This document shows positions 37,101 through 41,174 of a stretch of 64,000 nt of DNA, piece by piece (position 1 is the first letter of the stretch; each line of letters opens with the position of its first letter). Source of the stretch: Candidatus Berkelbacteria bacterium RIFCSPLOWO2_01_FULL_50_28. Lineage in GTDB: Bacteria > Patescibacteriota > UBA1384 > 2-12-FULL-50-11. Where the stretch lies: assembly GCA_001774395.1 (NCBI GenBank), contig MEZX01000002.1, forward strand, positions 302,101-366,100, read 5' to 3'. The notes below the pieces were generated by a model, which was not told the DNA's origin, did no database searches, and saw only the letters and a program-made list of their open reading frames with translations. The translations under genes were made by a program, and so were the position numbers.

Positions 37101-40100
37101 ACATCTTCATCAGCATCGTTATCGTATAGAGTCAACTCCGAATAAGTTTTGGTTTGGTTATCGGCCGACCCCACCGAAAAAGTATGGGCGGTCAGCACCA
37201 TGCCCGTGATGTTACCGCTCCCATCGTAGTTGGTAATACCGGTAGACTCGTTGGCGTCACTGGCGCCGTCGTGCCAAACTATCACCACTCGCCCCTTACC
37301 GACAAAAACCGAAGAGATCGTCCAAGCTGAGGAGGCAACCGTGGCGTTTTTATTCACTTGCAAAACCCCATCCACCGCTACGGCGACGGTCGCGGCGTCA
37401 ACCGATGACGACCCAGATATATCGATCGTTGAGCCGATCTCAATCCACTGAATGCTGGCCATGGCAAAATCCCAGACGACTGTTACATCACCGGCCGCAC
37501 TTCCTGGTGTGGTGGGACGAAGACGAAGGTTCATCTTGTTATTGGCGGTATCAATTAGGTCTTCGGGGTTGATCTGCTGGCCGTAGACTGATATCGACAG
37601 ATTGCTTATAGAGTCAGCGTAAGCTAGCGTGGCGGAGTTAGAAGTGGGGTTGAGTTGAAGCCAACCACCAGTGGCCTGGTTGAAGCCGCTATAGTCTTTG
37701 AAACCAAATTGAGCGGTCAGCGCCGTTGCACCACAAGGATTCCCGAAAGCCCCGCAACCGGAAAATCTGGTCGCAAAATGTTGGCCGACAATCGAGCTAT
37801 TAGACGGTTGGGTAACGGGGAAGGAGATATTAGAACTTGCTCCTTCTTCAACGGTGGTGTCAGGTGTCGACTCGTTATCAAGGGCGTAGAAAGCGTTAGC
37901 ATCGCCAGTGCCCATGGTAGTGGACTCATCTTCGGTTTCGACGTCAAAGGTGTTTGGTGAGGCAGGGCCGACTAGATTTCTGGTGTTGGCACAGTCTGAA
38001 GCAGTGCCGGAGCCAAACGAAATCTGGCAGTCGCTACTGTCGGTATTCGTTGAACCGACAACCAGATAGGCAAAGTCGAGCCGAAGAGTAGTGGTGCTGT
38101 TTAGATCGCCGTAAAAGCGAATTCTCGTCTCACCCCCATTAATATAATCGGTGGGTGAGATATTATTCTTTGCCCAGGCGTTGGTGGCATCAGCCGTCGC
38201 ACAGGCAATGGCAGCGGAGTTAAGGTTCTCCCATGATGTTGTTGTAAAGTTATAAATCGCAAATTGGTGATCGAGTCCGGCCGTGGCCGCCGAGCAATTG
38301 TAGTCTGCCTTGAAGTAGAAGGTATTCATACCGGCATATGTTTTGATGTTTTTAAAACTTAAATAGTAGTCGGCAATTGAACCAGCGGTGCCAGCTCCAG
38401 CGAGATAAACACCGTCGGCTGTGGTTGTCGATTGTTGGCCACTAGCCGAGTTACCAACCACGTGAGTATTGGCATAGGTGCCGGCTAGAGCACCGCCACT
38501 ACCATTCAGGTTTGTGACTCCAGCAGGATGGTAAACTGTGTCAATGATTGGCTGAATTCTAAGAAAATCAACATCGATGGCAGTGGCTGTTTGAACGGTA
38601 TTATACAAACGGATCTTAACGCCGTTACTGGCGTGAAAGAAATTTGTTAACGGTGTTGAAATGGCTGTTCCACCGGTGGTTCCAGTCGTAAAGTAGCCAT
38701 CGAAAATTTGCCATTGAAGTGAGATTACGCCATTTGTCGTAAAATCAACGTCAACGTTTGAGGCGTTTTGCGAGTTTACCGAGCGCCAGCCGCCCGTGGT
38801 ACAGTCGCCGTCAGCCGCCACATCGACCGAGGTTGACGAAACCCAGTCGCAGATTTGAACCTTTACTGCCAAAGCGGCATCGGTATCGAACTCAGTTTGA
38901 ATGAGTAATTTATTGGCGCCATTTTGTTTGGCGGAAGTGAAATTTAACTGCATATTGTGATTCGTGCCCACAACATTAGCGCCGTTAATCGACCAGTGGT
39001 AGTTATCATCACCGAGCGTTCCTTGCCAACCACCAGTGTTGACGCCGGTGTTAACGGCGGCGGTTTGACCGAGCCTGGCAATTTCGGTTCCGGCGCCCAG
39101 AGTGTCGCCAGTGGGTGCAAATTGGTAGTTACGAGTTGGATGCGAACTATCTACCACCCAAGAGATGCTGACCATGGCGAAATCCCAGTTGGTGACAGCG
39201 TTATTGCTGGTTAAGCCGGAGGCAGTTGTGCGCAGGCGAACATTCATCACATTATTATTGGTATCGATATGGTCGTCAGGGTTTGTTTGGTTGCCGTATG
39301 TACCGATGGCTAATGCGGTAATCGAATCTGTATAGGCTTGGGTAGCAGTAGCCGACGTAGCACCGACTGCCGTCCAGCCCCCGGTTGCCGCCGTGCTGGT
39401 TGGTGTACCGGAATAATCGCGCAAGCCCATTTGTACCGTCAGGGCAGTGGTGGTGCAGACGCTACAGCCGGAGAATCGTCCAGCATAATGGTTGGCGACC
39501 ACTTGGGCGTCAGAGGGGACTGTCACGGGAAAGTTAATGTTGGCGGCTGTCGCTTCCTCGAGAGTGGCGTCACCGTCATTATCAAGAGCATAATAATCGT
39601 TATTAACAGTGTTAGATTCGTCCTCGGCGGTATTGGCGAAGGCGACTGCCGTAGCTGGTCCAATTAAATCTCGAGCGTTGGTGCAGTCAGTCGCCGTACC
39701 CGTGCCCCAAGTAATCTCACACTGAGCACTATCGGAATTGGTTGAGCCGACCATCAAATAGGCGAAATCTTGACGAAGGGTGACGGTGGAGTTTGCGCTA
39801 CCGTACATCCTGATTCTAACTTCATCACCAGAAGCTTCGTCAATATAATCAGCGGGAGTAATGTTGTTTTTGGACCAGGCATTAGTGGCCGCTGATCCAG
39901 AACAGGCGATAGAAGCAGAGGTTAAGTTCTCCCAAGTTCCGGCGGTAAAATTACGAATAGCATAGTCAAAGTTTATCCCCGTGGTACTGCAGTAGTACTC
40001 AGATTTAAAGTAAAAGGCATTCATACCAGTGTAGGTTTTGACATTCTTGAAGGTTAAGTAAGAATCAGAGATTGACCCAGCGGTGCCGGCAACATCGATC

Positions 40101-41050
40101 GAAACTCCGTCAGCACTCGTCACATTCTGCTGACCGGTGGCGGTATTACCGACGATGTGAGTATTGGCATATATACCAGTGACTGTGCCAACTCCAAGGT
40201 TGGTAAAGCTCGAGGCTTGATATACCGGATCAACCAAGGCATTAGCTCGCAAAAAGTCGACAGCGACATCAGCAGAGCCAACAACATCGCTATCCGACCA
40301 GTAACGAACACGAATTGGTTGGGTATCGCTAGAGGTAAAGTTGGTTAAGGGAGTTGATATGGCCGTTCCGCCGCCAGTACCACTTGAGAAGTAGCCATCA
40401 TATATATGCCACTGGAAAGCGGCTGGACTCGTTAGGGCTATATCGACATCGACGTTGGAAGCATTTTGACTCATCAACGATCGCCAACCACCGCCGGTAC
40501 ACTGGCCGTCCGTGGTCGCATCGACCGAAGTCGACGAAACCCAATCGCAAATTTGAATCTTCAAAACTCGACTAGCCGAATCAAGGTCAACTTCTGTTTG
40601 AATGATGAGTTTATTAGCCCCTGCCAGTTTAGCGATTCCTAAATCAAGCTGCATATTGAGGTTCGGCGTCGCGGCATCGGCCGCTGTTACCTGCCAGTGA
40701 AAGTTGTCGTCGGACAGAGTTCCTTTCCAGGAACCGGTGTTAACGCCTTCGGTGGCTCCTGCCAACAGTGAGTTGGCATTTTGCCCTGTCCCGACTACTA
40801 GATTTCCGGAAGTTGGGACAAACTGATAGGTGCTGGCCAATGCCTTTGGGGGATTTTGGTTAATTGAAGATCTGGGGTTAATAAGCCAACTGGCTGAGCT
40901 GGTTACGGTGAGGAGGATCAAGATCATTAAGATCGGGATTCGGAACGGGTTATTTTTCCAGGTATCCCAAACTAGAGTCACGCTCTGGCGGTAGAGATTA
41001 CGATAGATACCGTCCAGGCGTTTTTTGGCTTTTTCAACCCGCGCGGTCAT
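13157..41050 (-). CDS. giant membrane-anchored modular surface protein (~9,297 aa)
   Basis: Single uninterrupted 27.9-kb ORF. ATG at 41050 is preceded by GGGAG; the track's first 'M' at 41068 is a TTG. N-terminal cytoplasmic motif KKRLDGIYR plus a TM helix. Internal domains listed as separate features. TGA stop at 13157-13159. Confidence 0.7.
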   Translation of the reverse strand: MTARVEKAKKRLDGIYRNLYRQSVTLVWDTWKNNPFRIPILMILILLTVTSSASWLINPRSSINQNPPKALASTYQFVPTSGNLVVGTGQNANSLLAGATEGVNTGSWKGTLSDDNFHWQVTAADAATPNLNMQLDLGIAKLAGANKLIIQTEVDLDSASRVLKIQICDWVSSTSVDATTDGQCTGGGWRSLMSQNASNVDVDIALTSPAAFQWHIYDGYFSSGTGGGTAISTPLTNFTSSDTQPIRVRYWSDSDVVGSADVAVDFLRANALVDPVYQASSFTNLGVGTVTGIYANTHIVGNTATGQQNVTSADGVSIDVAGTAGSISDSYLTFKNVKTYTGMNAFYFKSEYYCSTTGINFDYAIRNFTAGTWENLTSASIACSGSAATNAWSKNNITPADYIDEASGDEVRIRMYGSANSTVTLRQDFAYLMVGSTNSDSAQCEITWGTGTATDCTNARDLIGPATAVAFANTAEDESNTVNNDYYALDNDGDATLEEATAANINFPVTVPSDAQVVANHYAGRFSGCSVCTTTALTVQMGLRDYSGTPTSTAATGGWTAVGATSATATQAYTDSITALAIGTYGNQTNPDDHIDTNNNVMNVRLRTTASGLTSNNAVTNWDFAMVSISWVVDSSHPTRNYQFAPTGDTLGAGTEIARLGQTAAVNTGVNTGGWQGTLGDDNYHWSINGANVVGTNHNMQLNFTSAKQNGANKLLIQTEFDTDAALAVKVQICDWVSSTSVDVAADGDCTTGGWRSVNSQNASNVDVDFTTNGVISLQWQIFDGYFTTGTTGGTAISTPLTNFFHASNGVKIRLYNTVQTATAIDVDFLRIQPIIDTVYHPAGVTNLNGSGGALAGTYANTHVVGNSASGQQSTTTADGVYLAGAGTAGSIADYYLSFKNIKTYAGMNTFYFKADYNCSAATAGLDHQFAIYNFTTTSWENLNSAAIACATADATNAWAKNNISPTDYINGGETRIRFYGDLNSTTTLRLDFAYLVVGSTNTDSSDCQISFGSGTASDCANTRNLVGPASPNTFDVETEDESTTMGTGDANAFYALDNESTPDTTVEEGASSNISFPVTQPSNSSIVGQHFATRFSGCGAFGNPCGATALTAQFGFKDYSGFNQATGGWLQLNPTSNSATLAYADSISNLSISVYGQQINPEDLIDTANNKMNLRLRPTTPGSAAGDVTVVWDFAMASIQWIEIGSTIDISGSSSVDAATVAVAVDGVLQVNKNATVASSAWTISSVFVGKGRVVIVWHDGASDANESTGITNYDGSGNITGMVLTAHTFSVGSADNQTKTYSELTLYDNDADEDVMYKAISNTISVDATSSYADETLDILSSNSLTVGGSETLTTLNLTVNGTLTSGGATTYNVGGNYTNNGTFTASTSTVTLNGAAAQTLSGTMTTTSAFYNLTLTNASGADATDDERTNFVAGIDFAASATVTNNYTIAVASVRVEYNTGSTYTMTNINWNGAAVGTRIFFRNSAASGSWLLNVSGTQTNVAYVNVSRSDASSGSTISAGNGTNYDGNNNTNWSFTAVITGTVYMANETTIGTSGNGGPCDGAATNVSLRVNGGAENTASCSNTTAVFSFTGLTVNSGDRVTIYLTSTMKANTVLVAQSNGAYSIDLYENRVSVTYTTGSSIVIDNLTDYDSDQNNTDMLYDAENAATDTLILESGIELHIPTSKAFAPGGSVTTPKLHIKGTYTGIPGDFSATLTLNESGTGTARPLYIDGGTFTSPATTVFSGDGTADIQHTTYTDLYITPTITADRTYTLTTGTLTVNGGMQVNPTASSTTKTLTVNLGGTTTIAANRTLTITGTGTGASVVNTTASNSYALSVGTMDIDNTGSGGTLTANNSTITSTASSWTQTGTFNAGTSTVVMNKDASGGITSNNPITFYNLTLSPAISTSGRTYTFGTSALTINGNFTISPSGTQLLTVNMGANITVAATKATTITRTGTATSKIDVRPSSTDYNLTTGRLNIATGGTLDAASASSVITLTSISGTLFTRAGTFTVGTSEVKVTSASGTPTFLSGATTFHKLTINSTATVINMSGAVTINNVSGAALTITAGVFNVDANNITGPGATNGTLTIASGATLCLGGTTGSTNATCNSGATQTTTRNMPTFQTYAFNSASTTRYLSDVAQTVSQAPVYGNLQITPTLTANRTYTLGSSNQRVNSFVYANSKYIAMGFDDASGTFDAVIWESTDLVSWTPRTVAGGTGNQTISSLIYDGTKYVAAGGDAASGTYDAYVWESTDLISWTPRTVASGAGGQNLVSIIYTGSKYIVAGNDDASGTNDAVVWESTDLISWTPRTVANGANHQVINAFTYGGSKYVAAGTDSSVTPGFCGFGNCDAYIWESTDLISWTRRTVANSAGSEDILSIIYDGAKYVVAGYDLGVGSGDGLVWESSDLITWTPRTVASGTSGQVLYSVIYGGSKYVATGYDNIMGTLDAFAWESTDLITWTPRIVSAGVEQQWAYSIIYDGAKYVVGGRHDATNQVADAVVWESTDLITWTDHAASPGLTVNGDLTINPTIASGSSVLTANVSGNLTVASGKTTTITRTTSNTANLVLAPGWTNYNLSTGNLNIVTGGTLTAGSSIVTLTASGTPLTVTGTFTPSTSSVSYAGTSATNVTAATYYNLLVGNNADGNATTFTAVGNSTVQQKLTIGNASSSVSDTFAASSTTLTLSGSPSTTPLNVTSKGTFQADTSTVVYAGEGAVAPSINYNQLKIGGNNGLARAAGLNNNSGETNNFGAVIDQPNGFAYYATNDSPSRIIKYRLSDFTRVGSIILNSGEGSIYAPGVIDQPNGFIYFGTNDSPAKIVKINLSNFTRVGAITLDTGENSIRSAVIDQPNGFAYFGTYTTAGRVVKVQLSDFTRVGAITFSAGEDNLQFGAVIDQPNGFAYFGTATTTGIVVKVQLSDFTRVGAITFSAGESRVYSAVIDQPNGLTYFGTYDDLSQTAGRVVKVQLSDFTRVGAITFDSGELGAISAVIDQPNGLAYFGTLTTPGKVIKVRLGLSQTPIGTGSSQTITATGTLTVDGHGIGSTHNPTINAQGDLTISASAKLTSTSGALTVGGNYSNSGTFTHNSGTVTFNATDTGNTIQGTLSGSTGKFNNLIFNGSSGEWTPNAAVEVVNDLTMTAGTLLGTQNVTVNGTAAGTAGIITLTGGTFENRVAANKNFGTSSGSNAWTFYELTFSNSHGSSPFVITTQTGGSGGITVSSILRVGKSGDAAGATTTLNAGNRIWTLSGTAGDPFQLLASPLGVLAGGTSKFYYTGANGAGNTTIQSTSGSYYDLEINADDAFVLEEATVVTNNLTITLGTLDVTAGNFALTIGNNYSNAGGTFTAQSGTVTFNATDTGNTLAGTMTGGSAFFNLVFDGVAGGWTYSNAVAATNDFTVINGAVTANNLALTVTRDFTLANTSGVSYTAGSSTITVSRHFTNNGDKFVEGTSTVNMTGTGTLASASGFYNLGVAYTGFVTTSSGINGGNSTTNQLALNGGTMTYGASYVNTGCTGTCTPIVFNSATTINGGGVFYFWPVGASAIMTIPAGDYGNWSMNFAFTNNNQTYTQTGATITSQWWSFGTYAYTGGVYNTNGNTVTATAGISLGARGSTGSATVNFGASTVNSGSFLITSAGAGLESWTLNLESSTLNFTTNVDFTASAHAQIAVLDGGSSTVNFNSNSTRTYTPAGFSLYNGNIAAGANSLTLGGAAIFTNNFTITSGTFDVSAAPYALTIGGNYSNSGTFTARTGTVTLNGSATQTLSGTMTTTSAFYNLTLTNSSGTSPSDNERTGWVAGIDFNAAATVTNNYVITTANVRVEYESAATYTVANINWNGAAIGTRIYFRNSAITGTWLLNVSGIQIAVSYVNVSRSDASSGSAIVASDGTNFNAQNNTNWTFSGTVTGTVYGTDESTAVVSGPTVRMYINGTTTETTTANGSGVFTFTTGTNANDVLSIYLDTAGGITGSTVTKATGSALSNIHIYQDRLTTRCDNTCSLTNTNIDSWDKGNDTDIHATVTTSNLVVDNDWKLKVTNNTFAPGGTITTSPAGGSSYQGQVGIDASSVLDMAGFALSIGGNYSNSGTFTSGSNTTSFTDTATGNTLAGTMTGASSFYNLVFDGVAGGWTYSSAVAATNDFTVTNGAVTANNLALTVTRDFTLANTSGVSYIAGSSTLTVSRHFTDTGYKYAYGTSTLILNGTGTLTALNNSSLFYNISLAYTTFTSTVASQIRVSNTFTVNGGTLTKSGSVWINLQCSGSCTPMVFAAPTAMTGGGTFYQQAGGTTPTKTIAAGDYGNWNLNTTSYTNSATYQLGGTVTTTGTFRLDSNNTGLVFNTQNYTLNVGAFTFGSAGWLLQNTTANFGSSTINVTGNFYADASAGNHTVNLNTSTVNVGGNWQNLNGTGSLILSPGTSTVNMTATTTGKTITSNGQSFYNLVFNGVGGGWTFQDATIATNDFTVTNGAVTANNLALTVTRDFTLANTAGVSYTAGSSTITVSRHWNDTGTKFVYGTSTVALNGTGTIAVAAAASFNHLSVGYSTFTTTFPSGSGGWQMMGQLTFNGGTVTNGGGGTWFHIRVNGTNNTPVVFASPTTITGINSIGINSNSAGPYTVTVAGGNYGSWGINLYGANTGVTFQLGGNLTTSFYFRQANSSGGDSIFNTQNYNITSPTYQFGQTGSSCLSTAANWGSSTITLSGTGDGLYVESNCGAHTLNMGSANIDVKGNVKFVNGTGTIAVTASTSTLTWTNTSGTKTYSPNGQLLYNITLNGSGGTVTPDAAVIVANDLTMTAGTLNGTQNVTVNGAVAGTAGIISLTGGTFEQRVGAAKNFGTTSGSAAWTFYDLTFSNSHGSSPFTVTTQTGGTGGITVSDILKVGKSGDSAGATTTLDAGNRTWTLSGTGGDPFQILASPLGVLTGATSTFKYTGNNAGGNTTIQSTSGSYYNLEINDGLQGYWKMDEGTGTNAVDVSGNGNDGTLGGATGGLPTWTTSVSSNNHYGGSGSDPYGVTLDGNDDKMEKSSYSGFPTTVISAAFWIKTSDTSNGMISYASSGSDNAFLLFDSNNITVYINGSSRATGVDINDNAWHHVVVTWRSSDGQLDVYKDGVSGYSNTFAASAVILGGGCLEIGQEQDSVCGGLDAGQATAGSFNDVRIYNRLLSSTEASALAAGNHPTYETYVLEADTTVTNNLGVRTGALDVTASNFALTVGGNLTNVSNFAPNSGTVTMNSTASGKTIQSDPAFYKLKFHNASGGGGWTSQNRLLVDTTSGTPAADALVIGNGTVTIGDGNADNLLVYGGIDIAVNANETGILQTMDALAEGSTITLQVNKDTSTQCANCIVDVGASSGSGQGTLTINENGILKLIPKSSATASDTGVEVASTGKLNVTGALSLAATTSTAITDYDNRETKLCATADFSAGYTSKHVRATTGLAIGQIYPITATTVNDAQCDTATDDSITRADTSTASVVSASRTLSLNNTIMAVCIPDSITANDQKIGSYMRDFTGTKGYFQIVDSANDSASCTGTDDLLKVIESPDVFSGFTSGDTVDISDGVRPGDQFEIYDYANVTAEDGVACTAAVNEAGESYIYAIAGSEIAMTYADICNLGRNTFSKNGVSLYTLNGTNANEGITIDRSRLRNGYDGAYLSATTNNNTGNSKGITNSSATGNADYGFRLISGANSNTLTSNTASNNTLYGIRLDSSNSNILTSNTANNNTQRGINLTTSSNNTLTSNSAVGNISKGILIETSSYNNTLTSNTAIGNVDVGIQLINAYNNTLTSNSAIANSSDGIILVSASNNYLSSNSSTSNTDEGFFIYLSSNNNTFKSNTATNNTNYGFRLYDGSNNNILTSNQSGGQSRGLAVEGTVSTGNVVIDDVYGTSPNTVADIVFGNVGAHTLSLYNTTLSSSTEVTGVTLAASYIVSRKHDGVAGSTKIWGEYAIPSDTAETPQDEDTDKFNYANNLWEKSVTAHRYSGTGTEDTNLSYDLTAPADLSAGPYAYRLVTKTAGVGASCVTSQAVMDVYRNGTDVGDLTTGTLFTDSTGAVNTKFTVDCGATPYALNATYTFTAFDADNSTSTATKTVTVQQDGDIITVPSGGTMQFDGGVSNRSTLAVLTPASMSFDLTNSGTISGGYNDLTVTGSVNGSNGTYSMTTGSILIQRVIAASKTFGNSGAGSNGWTLQDLKFENASGATKTVTTNGTNTGSIITSGTLTIGKATDSFSTTLDNETNDRIIDADGDVTITGFGVLQASSTASFTIGSSYINDGTLTAGTGTVTFDSTSTGKTLGGQGIYNTPFYNLTFNGVGGAWELGNDGPMFISNDLTITNGTVTSSFYGLKIGGSYSNSGTFTHNSASVIMSATDTGNTLGGTMTGASAFYDLTFDGVAGDWSFGANAVTFANDLTITNGTVTAPSTTLTIGGNYSNSGTFTANSGTVTLDGSATQTLSGTMTTTSAFYNLTLTNSSGTSPSDNERTGWVAGIDFNASATVTNNYVITTANVRVEYNSGSTYTIANINWNGAAIGTRIYFRNSAITGTWLLNVSGIQTAVSYVNVSRSDASSGSAIVASDGTNFNAQNNTNWTFSGTVTGTVYGTDETTAVATGPTVRMYINGTTTETAVANGSGVFTFTTGANANDVLSIYLDTAGGIGGLTVTKATGSALSNIHIYQSRLTTRCDNTCSLTNANIDNWDKGNDTDIHATVTTSNLVVDSDWKLKVTNNTFAPGGTITTSPAGGSSYQGQVGIDASSVLDMAGNALSIGGNYSNSGTFTSGSNTTTFTDTATGNTLAGTMTGASSFYNLVFDGVAGGWTYSNAVAATNDYTVTNGAVTANNLALTVTRDFTLANTSGVSYTAGSSTITVSRHWTDSGAKFVSGTSTVALNGTGTMAFAYLLFYNLSIGYSGFTTTLPNTTFGITSGGTMTVNGGTVAGGGNFVVIHCVATCTPFVFASPTSLTGTMTVYYEADAGSFNMTIAGGNYGSWQVSTNSNTNNTAYILGGDLTTTSSFRLRAPNSGTGNTFSTQNYAINAANFTFGYVATGAFAASFGSSVITLTSDLQVASNGGTHTLNMQTSTVDVKGNVTFVNGTGTIAVTPGTSTLTMSAVATGKTITSNAQSFYNLVFNGVGGGWTLQDAMSVTNNFSITNGTFDTNTTFNYALTIGGNLTGNAGTWTLTERASTITVSGNWDTSAVATDSTSIVEGTSTVVMNGTGTKTLKTGATSTWLARFYNLNVGQSGNTTQLLSNTGMNGTISLGTGTFDLNTFSMQIDSLITTPFSLNPAGTWGTSSGTLYVFNDSNPTTNYNLPAFTYNSSVQTNQSTGSKTTFQGTTIINGNLSIGCCSRASEFDLSGQTVTVSGNVTFNTTTAILTMGAATLNVGGNFTNVAGAVFTANTSTVNFTSTTTGKTITSAGDSFYNLTFNGSGGAWTPQDALVATNDLTMTAGTLSGTQNVTVNGSVAGTAGIISLTGGTFEQRVIADKNFGTTSGSTAWTFSDLTFSNSCTSICNPQNTVTTQTGATGGITVSGVLRVGKSGDTYITVLNAGNRTWTLSGTAGDPFQILASPLGVLTGATSTFKYTGNNAGGNTTIQSTSGSYYNLEVNDGLVGYWKMDEGTGTSTTADISGTGATGTLYNSPTWTTAVNNNNYYGGSGSDPYGLDFSVASSQYIQGSYNAALNPSAFTISAWARVEGGAGTWRSVITSRDSTPAGYIIYAGSDNKWQFWTGAGTWKVVTGPTITDNVWYHLIATYDGVNMYLFVDGTSYGPTASTLTQNTVRDLRIGAGATEGSPNYYFEGKIDDVRVYNRVLGTTERTDMDAGNHPTYETYVLEADTTVTNNLGVRTGSLDVTASNYALTVGGNLTNVSNFAPNSGTVTMNSTASGKTIQSDPAFYKLKFHNASGGGGWTSQNRLLVDTTSGTPAADALVIGNGTVTIGDGSADNLLVYGGIDIAVNANETGILQTMDALAEGSTITLQVNKDTSTQCANCIVDVGASSGSGQGTLTINENGILKLIPKSSATASDTGVEVASTGKLNVIGALSLAATTSTAITDYDIRETKICANATFTTDQYNSLNVRATSGLAIGQIYPITDTTVDDAQCDTSTHDSITRADTSTASVVSASKAISVGNTIMTVCIPDSITADNQKIGSYMRDFTGTKGYFQITDSVNDYAGCSGTNDYLKVIASPDAFSGFTAGDTVDISDGVRPGDQFEIYDYANVTAEDGVACTATANEAGESYIRAIAGSETAMNYADVCNLGRNATSKYGVQFDTVNGTNASEGVTIDRSRLRSNYYGTYLNGATNNNTGNSKGITNSSSTSNLSYGFQLLNSANSNTFTSNAVSSNLASGFFLNSTANSNTFTSNTTTGNAGYGFYFNASSANNTLTSNVSTGNTSYGFYLLSSSTNNTLTSNSAIGNASGGFLTQNSANSNTFTSNSALGNSGYGFNVNNVTNNSFTSNTVTGNGTYGIALTTSASRNTFTSNTTNDNGTYGILIYGVSNNTFTGNQSGGQSYGLAVDNTTATGNVVISDVYGTAPNTSADVLFAGAGAHTLSLYNTTLSSSTEVTGVTVAGAYIVSRKHDTSAGATKIWGEYAIPADTAESPQVESTDKFNYANNLWEKSVTAHGYSGTGTEDTNLAYDLSAPADLSGGPYAYKLVTKTAGVGASCVTSQAVMDVYRNGTDVGDLTTGTLFTDSTGAVNTKFTVDCGATPYALNATYTFTAFDADNSTSVIKPMTMMQDGDIFTVGSGKTLEMKGQTTSTNLSTVTRGASGGYHFDVAGTIDAQYYKFSYLGGTSGGTGLDLQSGATLTNLDDGQFDNFQNVGATDTYMKVHGSLIGTGAPAKTWDNMIFLEASDNVPEYSVTQIATGAPAAGNYWVLYPATCTGWASCEASDSDTGDGGSDTLGFLHWTSAPIAPSSLVQMKTDDTVLATGDWTNEASVKFTALASDPDAADTLYLCVEKDPVATALSSVDGGDLCGSGVAYTGTPVTVTVTISGLVDGTQYHWQAQVKDAATAYSSWTGYGGNTENPPTNPADRDFGVDTTACTYGSSIYDGTVEDVDASYNDGSLTSVSANWDAYTCDASGLNKYQYSIGTTAGGTDIKTWTDNSTTESVTSTSLILRTNQNYFFNVRAVDNATNTSGVTSSNGQSVLPTISLSLGAVTITFANLNNGNNRTDSKTLTLTSSTNAYGGYVIRQYASSLLTKGIKTIPMFEGGSYASPGAWPGGTCTPSTNCGYGYTSDDTTIQGVNIFSGGTLYAPLRLTEFGDIVADHTTAVDGTSGPVTNEAFTITHKVSVSELQEANPYTTEVLYILTGTF
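13160..13700 (-). other. C-terminal ~180-aa domain shared by both giant proteins and the three ~400-aa secreted proteins; ends YILTGTF
   Basis: Shared pattern W..G.C....GYGY..DDTT ... RL ... Y....Y(I/V).T(G/A)TF at the extreme C-terminus of 5 proteins. Confidence 0.5.
15580..16275 (-). other. parallel beta-helix (PbH1/NosD-like) repeat array, copy 2
   Basis: GVTIDRSRLRSNYYG followed by ~10 TSNxxxGN(A/T)xYGFxL repeats. Confidence 0.6.
17660..18290 (-). other. LamG-like jelly-roll domain, copy 2
   Basis: GLVGYWKMDEGTGT...ISAWARV...WYHLIATYDGVNMYLFVDG...DDVRVYNRVL. Confidence 0.65.
23490..24190 (-). other. right-handed parallel beta-helix (PbH1/NosD-like) repeat array, copy 1
   Basis: About 10 consecutive 22-aa repeats of the form TSNTAxxNTxYGIxL, beginning GITIDRSRLRNGYDG. 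Confidence 0.6.
25600..26215 (-). other. LamG-like (concanavalin A-like lectin/glucanase) jelly-roll domain, copy 1
   Basis: Signature GLQGYWKMDEGTGTNAVDVSGNGNDGTL ... FWIK ... WHHVVVTW ... LDVYKDG ... NDVRIYNRLL. Matches the Laminin_G_3 pattern. Confidence 0.65.
31990..32810 (-). other. second propeller-like array: 7 repeats of ~41-47 aa (AVIDQPNGFAYFGT...VVKVQLSDFTRVGAITF)
   Basis: Highly regular protein repeats. DNA copies include 45-bp perfectly identical cores. Confidence 0.5.
32105..32440. repeat. tandem DNA repeat, 3 perfect 45-bp cores (ATCGCTCCGACGCGCGTAAAATCACTTAACTGGACTTTTACGACT) at 140-150 bp period
   Basis: Cores start at 32105, 32255 and 32395. Coding, inside the giant gene. 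Confidence 0.85.
33460..34520 (-). other. propeller-like array of ~9 repeats of ~47 aa (consensus WESTDLISWTPRTV...KYVAAG.D.ASG)
   Basis: Read directly from the translated repeats. Reminiscent of BNR/Ycf48-type beta-propeller blades. Confidence 0.45.
37400..40835 (-). other. two tandem ~570-aa N-terminal modules of the giant protein (internal duplication)
   Basis: Protein blocks YQFVPTSGN...ICDWVSSTSVD...GGWRS... recur as YQFAPTGDT...ICDWVSSTSVD...GGWRS. Corresponding DNA is ~75% identical. Confidence 0.6.
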
Positions 41051-41061
41051 CGTCTTACAAT

Positions 41062-41121
41062 CTCCCAATTACCCAATATCAAATGACTCAATTGTGGAAT
41101 TGGATATTGGGATATTGAGTA
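41062..41121. promoter_or_regulatory. ~60-bp imperfect palindrome overlapping the giant-gene RBS/start (CCCAATT-ACCCAATATC...CAATTG...GATATTGGGATATTG)
   Basis: Nested inverted repeats centred on CAATTG at ~41091. The SD GGGAG (complement of 41062-41066) lies in the left arm. Confidence 0.35.
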
Positions 41122-41174
41122 ATTCACCGTGGTTTTCTCCCATTCGGAGCTTGACAAGTTAAAGCTATTTGTTA

